A stretch of DNA of 41,684 nucleotides from Pyrinomonadaceae bacterium. GTDB taxonomy: Bacteria > Acidobacteriota > Blastocatellia > Pyrinomonadales > Pyrinomonadaceae. The notes under the pieces were generated by a model. It was not told the DNA's origin. It searched no databases and worked only from the letters and a program-made list of their open reading frames with translations. Each line of letters starts with the position of its first letter. Positions within the stretch are counted from its first letter, which is position 1. Position numbers and translations under genes: made by a program. The stretch covers positions 1 through 41,684 of the forward strand of contig JAJAZE010000316.1 of the NCBI GenBank assembly GCA_026785925.1, given 5' to 3'. This document shows positions 9,252-17,957 of the stretch, piece by piece.

Positions 9252-9748
9252 ATTACAAAAGGTTGACCGGAAATTTTACCGAATCCGTGCGCCGGAAACT
9301 TTAAGACGAAAATATTTGTGCTACAACAAAAATAAATCCGCAATGCCCGCCCGCTTCCAAAACTTGAGTAATTAAATTTCAAAATAATTATCGCATAGAT
9401 TGGCTTGATTAAAGAAGCCATTATTTAATTACTGCAATCATTAACTTTACCGAATTCGTTAAACAAATTAAAAAGATACAAAAAACTGTTGCCCAAATTG
9501 GAAATAATTGCTACCATTTAACTTGTTGTCGGGAAGAGCATCCAATCAAGCCGACCAACCTACCAGATTAACTACTAACAGATCGGAGTTAATTTAAATT
9601 TTTCTAACCAATCTTAGAAGAAATTCGCCGGAAGTGGAAGAAATATCTCAACGGGAAGAGATTTTCACTTTGGATTAGCGGCGCAGGCATAGCTTTCTAA
9701 AAAATCAATCGCCAAATCAAAATCAGCCCAATCAAACAAAGGTTAAAT

Positions 9749-10894
9749 ATGAATGCAACCAAAGAGCAGGAACGTCCGCCGAGACCGATTCAAAGCCGTC
9801 AGATCAAGGTCGGAAAATGGAACGAAAGTCTCAAGAAATCTGATGTCAACCAGATTTGGACGGAGCTTCACCGGATCGTTTCATCGCATCCGCTCGTGCG
9901 GGCTTCAAAACGCGCGGGGTTTCTCGTCGAAGAAGGAAAACACAACGCTTACACGGATTTAACGCAGGAGCTTTTCGTCGCGCTGCTGGGCAAAGAACGG
10001 TTCGCGCATTATATTGACACGCAGATGTCCGACCCGGAAATCGAAGCGGAAATCAGCCAGATCGAACTGACCAATATGCTGACCGCCGAGCTTCGCAAAC
10101 GCTATCCCGAATCGTATCGGCTGGCGCGGCGCGTCTCGACTTTGATTCAGACCGGCAAAATCTTCAAGCGGTTCGATAATATCAATAATCCCGACGTGCA
10201 TCGGCGTTTAGCCGATAGGCTTTACGGTTTGGCTGACTGGAAAAACGAGAAATCGCGGCGCAACGTCCAGGAAATGGAAGAGCGCGTCAAAACCGTTTCG
10301 TTTCAGAGCCGTGATACGCGAATGGTCGGCTGCACGGGCGACGCGCAAATCGTCATCAGCAACGTCGAACTGGAAAAATTGATCGTCCGCGTTTTCAAAG
10401 CGATTGATTCGCCGGTTGACGTGCGCTCGCTGCGCTCGTTCGTGATGTCGCGGCTGCCGATTATGGATATTTATTTGGTTCCGGTCGGCGGCGCAACCGA
10501 CGGCGGCGAAGAAGATAAAATGGAATTCGATTATCCAGACACGCGCGAGAATCCCGAACAAAATGTTCTGCGGCGCGAGGCGGAGATCACGGCGGCGGAT
10601 TTCGTCGAAAATTTCCTGGGTGAATTAAACAAATCCGTGCGTGGTAAAGCAAAACAATATAATCGGATGATCAGCGTTTTGTGGCATTGCTACTTGATTT
10701 CCGACAGCGGAACGCAGCTTGAAGTAGCGGAAATGCTCGGCGTTTCCGATTCTTTGGTTTCGGATTACCGCAAACGCATCGAGTCGAATTTACAGCGGCT
10801 TTCCTTTAACGGCGTGAACGAAGCCAGACATTTTGAAAAAGCTCTGCGCCACACCGTGCGCGGCATTATTGCGGTCGAAAATGTCACCGCCTAA
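9749..10894 (+). CDS. Atypical sigma-70-family-like protein with a long insertion between region-2-like and region-4-like segments
   Basis: Region-2-like DLTQELFVALLGKERFAHYI ... LTNMLTAELRKR near residue 70-115. C-terminal HTH resembling region 4.2 (TQLEVAEMLGVSDSLVSDYRKRIESNLQRL). About 200 aa of unassigned sequence lies between them. Assignment is by eye only. Confidence 0.5.
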   Translation: MNATKEQERPPRPIQSRQIKVGKWNESLKKSDVNQIWTELHRIVSSHPLVRASKRAGFLVEEGKHNAYTDLTQELFVALLGKERFAHYIDTQMSDPEIEAEISQIELTNMLTAELRKRYPESYRLARRVSTLIQTGKIFKRFDNINNPDVHRRLADRLYGLADWKNEKSRRNVQEMEERVKTVSFQSRDTRMVGCTGDAQIVISNVELEKLIVRVFKAIDSPVDVRSLRSFVMSRLPIMDIYLVPVGGATDGGEEDKMEFDYPDTRENPEQNVLRREAEITAADFVENFLGELNKSVRGKAKQYNRMISVLWHCYLISDSGTQLEVAEMLGVSDSLVSDYRKRIESNLQRLSFNGVNEARHFEKALRHTVRGIIAVENVTA

Positions 10895-10980
10895 AAGTGA
10901 GAAGTGAGAAGTGAGAAATGAGAAATAGAACAGTTTTTCACTTCTCACTTCTCACTTCTCACTTCTCACTTCTCACTTTT
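10895..10980. repeat. Inverted heptamer tandem arrays forming a long hairpin
   Basis: AGTGAGA x3 (10896-10916), then AATGAGA and AATAGAA; a short loop; then TTTCACT and TCTCACT x5 (10943-10977). It starts 1 nt after the stop codon of the sigma-like gene. Confidence 0.95.
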
Positions 10981-11093
10981 CTTGCTCTCGCCCGAAAATG
11001 ATAAAATGTCATTAGCGAACTTTTCACAAGAATCAATTAGAATTACCGCTAACTATAAAAATCTTCCGCCGTTGATGTTGCGAAAGTTTATTG

Positions 11094-12689
11094 ATGCCTG
11101 CCGAAAAAAACAAAAAATCAAATTATCAAACGCTCACCGCTCCGCTTAAAAAAGGCGCGACAAATTCTCACGACCAACCAACGCTTAAATTCTCAGGCAG
11201 CCGAACCAAAGAAAATTTACCAGCCGGTAAGTTAGTCGAGCCACATAAAAAAGCGGCAAATGAAATTCCGCCGGAAACGATTTTAGAAGAAATAAAATCA
11301 GTTCCGGCGGAAAATATCTTGGCGGCGGCGATCAGCAGCCCGCCCGCCGAGGAAATACCGTTTGCCCAGCAAACCAAACGGAAAAAGAAGGAAAAAAAGG
11401 CTGAGAAAGACCGCGACCTTTTGAACAACGAAAAATGGCTCACGCGCAACGGGCATACTTTAACTTATATCGGGCTTTACCTTTTTTCGATTTTAGTATT
11501 TTTTCGTCCTTACGAATTAGTTTCCGGGTTGTCGTTTCTATCAACCTCAGCTTTCATTTTCGCGCTGGCGACACTCGCCGTCTATCTTCCGACACAGCTT
11601 TCCACAGAAGGCTCGCTAACAATGTTTTCTACTGAAGTCAAATGCGTTTTAGCTTTGACTTTGATCGCGCTCGTGACGATGCCGATTGCCAAAGACCCGC
11701 CGCTCGCCTGGACGACTTTTAACGAGACGTTTATCAAGGCGGTGGTGATGTTTATCGTGATGGTCAATGTTTTGCGGACGCGGCGGCGTTTAATGGGTTT
11801 AATCTGGCTTTCCCTGGCGGTCGGAATTTATCTGAGCTACACGGCGGTTGACCTTTATATGAAAGGCGAGTTTAAGGTCGAGGGCTATCGCGTAGGCGTT
11901 GAAGTCGCCGGACTTTTCGGCAATCCGAACGATATGGCTCTGCATTTGGTGACGATGACACCGATTGCCGTCGCGCTCGGTTTCGGCAGCCGCCGCAAAC
12001 TGATGCGCGTCGTTTATTTTATGATGGCGGGACTTTTTATCGCCGCCAATATGGTGACGTTTTCGCGCGGCGGATTTCTCGGTTTGATCGCGGTCGGCGC
12101 GGTTTTAGCCTGGAAGCTCGGACGCGGAAACCGCTTCAATATCAGTCTCGCGTCAATGGTCGTCAGCGGAGCGTTTATATTATTCGCGCCCGGCAATTAC
12201 GGTTTGCGGATTTTATCGATTTTTATTCCCTCGCTCGATCCGGTCGGCTCAAACGGTCAACGCCGCGAGATTCTCGAACGCTCGATAATCGTCACTCTGC
12301 GAAATCCCTGGGGAATCGGCATCGGCAATTTTCCGATTGTCGGATTTAACAATCTGGTCTCGCATAACGCCTTCACGCAGGTTTCGTCCGAACTCGGAGT
12401 TCTCGGCTTGTTGGTTTATTTGATTTTTATGATTAGTCCGTTTCGCAAACTCGGCGCGATTGAGCGCACATTGTTTGATAAAAACGAACGGAATTGGTTT
12501 TACTATATGGCAATCGGGCTGCAGGCGAGCATCGTCGGTTATATGACTTCGAGTTTCTTCGTTTCGGTAGCGTATAATTGGTTTGTCTATTATCTAATCG
12601 GTTACGCCGTGGCTTTTAGGCGAATTTACAAAATCGAAAAAGGAATCGAGGAATCGGAAAAAGACGTGTTCGGGTTGCCGACGGTTTAG
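11094..12689 (+). CDS. O-antigen ligase / polymerase-like (Wzy_C family) membrane protein with a Lys-rich N-terminal extension
   Basis: About 10 TM segments and a periplasmic loop with FGNPNDMALHL and SHNAFTQVSSELGVLGL, typical of O-antigen-ligase-like proteins. The first roughly 125 aa are hydrophilic (KRKKKEKKAEKDR). Confidence 0.8.
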   Translation: MPAEKNKKSNYQTLTAPLKKGATNSHDQPTLKFSGSRTKENLPAGKLVEPHKKAANEIPPETILEEIKSVPAENILAAAISSPPAEEIPFAQQTKRKKKEKKAEKDRDLLNNEKWLTRNGHTLTYIGLYLFSILVFFRPYELVSGLSFLSTSAFIFALATLAVYLPTQLSTEGSLTMFSTEVKCVLALTLIALVTMPIAKDPPLAWTTFNETFIKAVVMFIVMVNVLRTRRRLMGLIWLSLAVGIYLSYTAVDLYMKGEFKVEGYRVGVEVAGLFGNPNDMALHLVTMTPIAVALGFGSRRKLMRVVYFMMAGLFIAANMVTFSRGGFLGLIAVGAVLAWKLGRGNRFNISLASMVVSGAFILFAPGNYGLRILSIFIPSLDPVGSNGQRREILERSIIVTLRNPWGIGIGNFPIVGFNNLVSHNAFTQVSSELGVLGLLVYLIFMISPFRKLGAIERTLFDKNERNWFYYMAIGLQASIVGYMTSSFFVSVAYNWFVYYLIGYAVAFRRIYKIEKGIEESEKDVFGLPTV

Positions 12690-12694
12690 AAAAA

Positions 12695-13894
12695 TTGGTG
12701 GAAAAAACCGCGCAAATAGTTTTTGGAATAAGTGCCGCCGCAATGATTTACGTTTATCTCGGCTATCCACTATTGGTGTATCTGGTCAGCCGGATGAAGC
12801 CGCTGGAAATTAAAAAATCCGCCTTCGAGCCGACCGTCACCGTTTTAATAACCGCTTATAATGAGGAAAGAGATTTGCGCGGCAAACTAGAAAACACGTT
12901 GCTGATTGAGTATCCGAAAGACAAACTCGAAATTCTCGTCGCTTCCGACTGTTCGACCGACCAGACCGACGAAATCGTCAAATCCTTTGCGGCGAGCGGC
13001 GTAAAGCTGCACCGCCAACTCGAACGGCTCGGCAAAACGATGGCGCAGAACGCGGCGGTCGAAAAGGCGGCGGGCGAAATCATTTTGTTTTCCGACGCGA
13101 CGACGATGTATGAGCCGGATGTGCTGACCGCGATGCTGCCGAACTTTGCCGACGAAACAATCGGCTGCGTGGCGGGCAGATTAATTTACGTTGACCACTC
13201 GCGCTCGACCGTCGGCAAGGGCGCGAAAAGTTATTGGAGCTACGAAACTTTTATCAAGCGAAGCGAAAGCCGCGCCTGCTCGCTGATCGGCGCGTCGGGT
13301 TGTTTATACGCCGTCAGAAAATCGGCGTATCGCCCGCTGTATGCCGAAGCGTGTTCCGATTTTCTGATTTGCACGGTAATTTACCGGCAGAATTTGCGCT
13401 CGGTTTATGAGCCGAACGCCGTCTGCACCGAGGAAACCAACCGCCGCACCGACAAAGAATTTCAGATGCGTGTGCGGGTTATTTCGCAAACCTTGACGGA
13501 TTTATGGCGCAACCGGACGATGCTTAACCCGTTCCGCGGCGGCTTTTTCGCCGTTCAACTCATCTCGCATAAACTTCTGCGTTACAGCGTATCGCTTTTC
13601 CTGATTTTAATTTTTCTTTCCTCGGCAATACTCGCTTTTTCGTCGGTTGTCTTCGCCGTTTTCACCGCGCTGCAAATTCTCTTTTATTTAATCGCCGTGA
13701 CCGGCTGGCTTTTGGAGCGCGGCGGGAAAAGCATCGGCATTTTCGCCATTCCGCTTTATTTCACGCTGACGAATTTAGCTTCGCTCGTCGCCTTTTACAA
13801 ATTTTTGAGCGGCGAACGCTACGCTCGCTGGGAGCCGATCCGCGAGGCAAAAGACGCAGAGGAAACCTCTGCCACTTTTAATCAAGCCGCTTGA
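12695..13894 (+). CDS. Family 2 glycosyltransferase, membrane-integrated (synthase-like)
   Basis: N-terminal TM segment, ITAYNEE, DCSTDQT, FSDATT (DxD-like), GASGCLYAVRK, FQMRVRV (variant of QxxRW), and 3-4 C-terminal TM segments. TTG/GTG start. Confidence 0.85.
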   Translation: MVEKTAQIVFGISAAAMIYVYLGYPLLVYLVSRMKPLEIKKSAFEPTVTVLITAYNEERDLRGKLENTLLIEYPKDKLEILVASDCSTDQTDEIVKSFAASGVKLHRQLERLGKTMAQNAAVEKAAGEIILFSDATTMYEPDVLTAMLPNFADETIGCVAGRLIYVDHSRSTVGKGAKSYWSYETFIKRSESRACSLIGASGCLYAVRKSAYRPLYAEACSDFLICTVIYRQNLRSVYEPNAVCTEETNRRTDKEFQMRVRVISQTLTDLWRNRTMLNPFRGGFFAVQLISHKLLRYSVSLFLILIFLSSAILAFSSVVFAVFTALQILFYLIAVTGWLLERGGKSIGIFAIPLYFTLTNLASLVAFYKFLSGERYARWEPIREAKDAEETSATFNQAA

Positions 13895-13915
13895 AAAACA
13901 GACAAGAGAGTCAAA

Positions 13916-15526
13916 TTGGAAGAAACTTCAATCAAAACATCTTCATTAAAAATGCAGAGCGTGTGGCTTTTGTTTGCAAAGGTCGTCGGCTTCGGCTTTA
14001 GTTTCCTGCTGCCTTTGTTGATTGTCCGGTATCTAAGTCAAGAGCAAGTCGGGGTCTACCGGCAGGTTTTTCTCGTCATCATCAACGCCAATATCATCTT
14101 GATGCTCGGCTTCGGAATGAGCGCGTATTATTTTCTCGCCCGTGAAACCGTGCGCCGTCCGGCGGTGATTATCAACACGCTGCTTTTTAATTTCACGGTC
14201 GGCGGCATTGCCTGTCTGACGCTTTATTTTTATCCGCAGCTTATCGGCAACATCTTTCACAGCGCGGAAATCACCCGGCTCGCGCCGAAAATCGGCGTAG
14301 TCATCTGGCTCTGGATATTTTCCTCTTATTTGGAAATCGTGCCGGTCGCCAACCGCGAACCGCGAGCGGCGACGGCGTTTATCATTCTCGCGCAGATGAC
14401 GAAAACCGCTTTGATGATTTCGGCAGTCATCATTTTTACGACCGTCGAAGCCTTTGTCTATGCGGCGATGGCGCAGGCGGCAATTCAAACAATCGTGCTG
14501 CTCGTTTATCTCAATTCACGGTTTCCGAAATTTTGGACGGCATTCGACGCTTCGTTTTTCCGCGAACAGCTTTTCTACGCTCTGCCGTTTGGTTTGGCGA
14601 GCTTGCTCTGGACTCTGCAAACCGACATTCACAATTATTTCGTCGGTTATCAATTCGGTTCAGCCGAATTTGCGATTTACGCCATCGGATGTTTTGAACT
14701 GCCTTTAATTGCGATGCTCGCCGAATCGGTGACATCGGTTTTGATTCCGCGAATGAGCGAATTACAGTCACGCGGCGACAAACCAGGAATAATTCGTCTG
14801 ACGGCGCGGATAATGCAAAAGCTGGCGTTTTTTTATTTCCCGATTTACATCTTTTTGATGATTACGGCGCAAACTTTTATCACGACGCTCTTTACGCGCG
14901 ATTATCTGGCGAGTGTGCCGGTTTTTCTGATTAACATCACACTTCTGCCGATGTATATTCTCGTCACCGACCCGATTGTTCGCGCCTACAAGGAACTCGG
15001 CAGACTGCTGCTGACCCTGCGCGTTTTAATCATCGTCGCGCTGATTCCCGCGCTGTATTTCGGCATTCAAAATTTCGATTTGCGCGGGATGATTGCGATT
15101 GTCGTCGTGACGGCTTTCGTTGACCGTTTGGTTTCGACCGCCATCGTTTTAAAAAAATTAAACGCCGGCAGGCGCGATTTATTTTTGCTTAAGAACATCG
15201 GCAAAATCGCCGCCGCGAGTCTGCTGGCGGGATTTTTCACCTACCTGTTTTATTGGGGATTGAGCGAACAAATTTTCTGGTGGGGCGAACATTTGCCTCC
15301 GATGATTTTCAGTGCGCCGCGCACGAGCATCGTTGATTTTATCGCGGGCAATTTGGTTTTAGGCAGTTGTGCGCTGGTTTTTGCGCCGATTTATCTTTTC
15401 GCCGTGAACTTTTTCGGGGTGATCGAGAACGACGAAAAAGAGAAAATAAAATCCTTTATTCGTCGTCTGCTGCCGTTTGTTAAAAAAGTTACAATCCAAA
15501 ATCCAAAATCTGAAGTCCAAAATTGA
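13916..15526 (+). CDS. Polysaccharide flippase (Wzx / MOP superfamily)
   Basis: About 12-14 TM helices across 536 aa, in a polysaccharide-locus context. The C-terminal 11 codons are encoded by a heptamer array. Confidence 0.8.
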   Translation: MEETSIKTSSLKMQSVWLLFAKVVGFGFSFLLPLLIVRYLSQEQVGVYRQVFLVIINANIILMLGFGMSAYYFLARETVRRPAVIINTLLFNFTVGGIACLTLYFYPQLIGNIFHSAEITRLAPKIGVVIWLWIFSSYLEIVPVANREPRAATAFIILAQMTKTALMISAVIIFTTVEAFVYAAMAQAAIQTIVLLVYLNSRFPKFWTAFDASFFREQLFYALPFGLASLLWTLQTDIHNYFVGYQFGSAEFAIYAIGCFELPLIAMLAESVTSVLIPRMSELQSRGDKPGIIRLTARIMQKLAFFYFPIYIFLMITAQTFITTLFTRDYLASVPVFLINITLLPMYILVTDPIVRAYKELGRLLLTLRVLIIVALIPALYFGIQNFDLRGMIAIVVVTAFVDRLVSTAIVLKKLNAGRRDLFLLKNIGKIAAASLLAGFFTYLFYWGLSEQIFWWGEHLPPMIFSAPRTSIVDFIAGNLVLGSCALVFAPIYLFAVNFFGVIENDEKEKIKSFIRRLLPFVKKVTIQNPKSEVQN

Positions 15527-15527
15527 T
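15493..15527 (+). repeat. Heptamer tandem array at the wzx stop / asnB start junction
   Basis: AATCCAA AATCCAA AATCTGA AGTCCAA AATTGAT. It encodes the flippase tail ...IQNPKSEVQN and contains the flippase stop TGA (15524-15526). It ends 1 nt before the asnB ATG. Confidence 0.8.
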
Positions 15528-17411
15528 ATGTGCGGAATAGCCGGATTCGTTTCCAGAGAAAAAGATGCGCCGACAGTTGAGCGAGAAATTCTGCTTGATA
15601 AAATGTGCAAAATCATCGAGCATCGCGGACCTGACGAACAAGGTTTATGCGTCGAAGGACGTGCCGCGCTCGGAATGCGGCGGCTTTCGATTATTGATTT
15701 GAAAGGCGGACAGCAGCCGATTTACAGCGAAGACGCAAATTTAGTCATCGTTTTTAACGGCGAAATTTACAACTACCGCGAACTCAAAGCCGAACTCGAA
15801 TCTCTCGGACACCGCTTTAAAACCAACTCCGACACCGAAACGATTTTGCTGGCTTACCGTGAATTCGGCGCGGCGTGTCTGGAAAAACTGCGCGGAATGT
15901 TCGCGTTTGCGATTTGGAATAAACGTGAAGAATCGCTGTTTATCGCCCGCGATAGAGTCGGCAAAAAGCCACTTTTCTACGCTTTGACCGAAAAAGGAAA
16001 TTTCGTTTTCGGTTCGGAGTTAAAAGTTTTGCTCGCGCACGGCGAAATAGAAAAAACGGTGGATCGCGCCGCGCTCGACGCTTATTTGACTTTCGGTTAC
16101 GTGCCGGAAGAATTCTGCATTTTCAAAACGGTGCGAAAGCTCGCGCCCGCCAATTATTTGATTTTCAAAAACGGCGAAATCGAAACGCACAAGTATTGGG
16201 ATTTCCAATACGAAAAAATTACAACGATCAAAAGCGAAGCCGAATACGTCGAAGAATTGCGCGAACTATTAAGAGAAGCGGTTAAAATTCGCTTGATTTC
16301 CGAAGTTCCGTTGGGGGCGTTTCTGTCGGGCGGCGTTGATTCGAGCGCGATTGTCGGAATAATGGCGCAGCTTTCCGACCAGCCGGTCAAAACTTTTTCC
16401 ATCGGTTTTAACGAAGATTCGTTCAACGAGTTGAAATACGCCCGCCTGGCGGCAAAACATTTTAAGACCGAACATCACGAATTCGTCGTGACACCGGATT
16501 TAGTCGAGATGATTGACGAACTCGTCTGGCATTTTGACGAACCGTTTGCCGATCCGTCGAGTTTGCCGACGTTTATGGTTTCCAAAATGGCGCGTGAATA
16601 CGTCACCGTCGTGCTGTCGGGCGACGGCGGCGACGAGCTTTTCGCCGGTTACACGCGCTACGTCACCGACAAACGACGCAGCGGTTTGAACAAACTGCCG
16701 CGCACCTTTCGGGAAAATCTCTTAAAACCTTTGAGCGAAAATCTGCCGCACGGCGCGAAAGGGAAAAATTACCTTTATAACGCTTCGCTCGACGCGGTTG
16801 ACCGTTACATTGACAGCGTTTCGCATTTTAACGGAATGCAGCGCAAATCGCTTTATAAAAAAGAGTTTTTGAACGAACTGAACGGCGATTTCGGCGCGGG
16901 CGAAAAGTCATTTCGGAGCATCGCCGCCCGCATCTCGACCGGCAATCCGCTCGATAATCTGCTTTATCTCGACAGCAAAACTTATCTGCCCTCGGATATT
17001 TTGACGAAGGTTGACCGGATGAGTATGGCGGCATCGCTCGAAGCGAGAGTGCCTTTGCTCGACCATAAATTGATTGATTTCGTGATGCAAATTCCGACGG
17101 ATTTGAAACTGAAAGGTTTGGAAACAAAGTATATTTTCAGGAAAGCCGTGCGCGGAATCGTTCCCGACGCGATTCTCGACCGCCCGAAACAAGGCTTCGG
17201 TGTGCCGATTAACGAGTGGATAAATTCGCATCTGCGGCAGCGAATCCACGAAACTTTGTTTGAAAAAAGAACTTTGGAGCGCGGCTATTTCGAGCCGAAA
17301 TACATCAAAACGCTGCTCGACGAACACGAAAAACAGCGGCGCGATCATTCCTACGCGCTCTGGGTTTTATTTATGCTGGAACTTTGGCATCGAAAATTTA
17401 CGGACGCTTGA
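15528..17411 (+). CDS. asnB: Asparagine synthase (glutamine-hydrolysing)
   Basis: N-terminal MCGIAGF nucleophile, PP-loop SGGVDSS, and full-length similarity in architecture. Start placed at the MCGI methionine (15528). Confidence 0.92.
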   Translation: MCGIAGFVSREKDAPTVEREILLDKMCKIIEHRGPDEQGLCVEGRAALGMRRLSIIDLKGGQQPIYSEDANLVIVFNGEIYNYRELKAELESLGHRFKTNSDTETILLAYREFGAACLEKLRGMFAFAIWNKREESLFIARDRVGKKPLFYALTEKGNFVFGSELKVLLAHGEIEKTVDRAALDAYLTFGYVPEEFCIFKTVRKLAPANYLIFKNGEIETHKYWDFQYEKITTIKSEAEYVEELRELLREAVKIRLISEVPLGAFLSGGVDSSAIVGIMAQLSDQPVKTFSIGFNEDSFNELKYARLAAKHFKTEHHEFVVTPDLVEMIDELVWHFDEPFADPSSLPTFMVSKMAREYVTVVLSGDGGDELFAGYTRYVTDKRRSGLNKLPRTFRENLLKPLSENLPHGAKGKNYLYNASLDAVDRYIDSVSHFNGMQRKSLYKKEFLNELNGDFGAGEKSFRSIAARISTGNPLDNLLYLDSKTYLPSDILTKVDRMSMAASLEARVPLLDHKLIDFVMQIPTDLKLKGLETKYIFRKAVRGIVPDAILDRPKQGFGVPINEWINSHLRQRIHETLFEKRTLERGYFEPKYIKTLLDEHEKQRRDHSYALWVLFMLELWHRKFTDA

Positions 17412-17741
17412 TTTATTAAGGAATTTTTTGAACAATTTGAGAAATACTCTTTGCGGCTCGCGCGTCAGCCGTTTATTCGCGCCGGACAACGCGCCGGTTT
17501 CGATGCTCAATCAAATTCAGGAGGCGGTTTGCCGTTGAGGAAAAAGTGCGGCGTTGAACGGCACATCGTGTTTCGACTTCTGGAATTTAACTGCGATTGC
17601 CACTTATATTTACCGGACTGCCGGTTTTCAACCGGACGCGGCGTTTTTAAATGGCATTCTCGTTTCAAAATTTGATGGCGAGTTAGTTTCGGTTGGCAGC
17701 CGACGAATTTGTCAAAACCGAATCGTCAGCGGTTAAATAAA

Positions 17742-17888
17742 CAGGTGAGAAAAAGTATATCGGGATTTTGGTTTTCGTTCAGAGTCCAAACTTTAGTTTG
17801 TTTTCCGCCGCGCTGCGCTGGCGGAAAAACACGCTCAAGCGTGGACTCTGAACGAAAACCAAAACGCTGCGAAACTTTTTCTCACCTG
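17742..17888. repeat. Nested-palindrome (MITE-like) element, copy A
   Basis: Outer IR CAGGTGAGAAAAAGT (17742-17756) / ACTTTTTCTCACCTG (17874-17888). Inner IR TTTTGGTTTTCGTTCAGAGTCCA (17766-17788) / TGGACTCTGAACGAAAACCAAAA (17842-17864). Central hairpin TTTTCCGCC-GCGCTGCGCT-GGCGGAAAA (17801-17828). Confidence 0.85.
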
Positions 17889-17957
17889 CATATAAATAAA
17901 AGTTTAGGCGAAAACTCAAAAATAAAACTGTTTATGTTAGTGGCAACAGTAGAAAAG

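Noticed and set aside
17412-17741. 330-nt gap between asnB and the palindromic element, checked for a small gene or RNA
   Set aside because: It holds only weak 6-bp hairpins (for example CCGGTT-TTC-AACCGG) and short overlapping ORFs without start signals. Nothing is supportable.
17709-17957. N-terminal 75-83 codons of the 897-aa heparinase-like ORF
   Set aside because: This part reads straight through the perfect nested palindrome (17742-17888), and its peptide is Cys/Arg-rich nonsense. The conserved protein begins at MTNPLDKIKK or MLVATVEK downstream.
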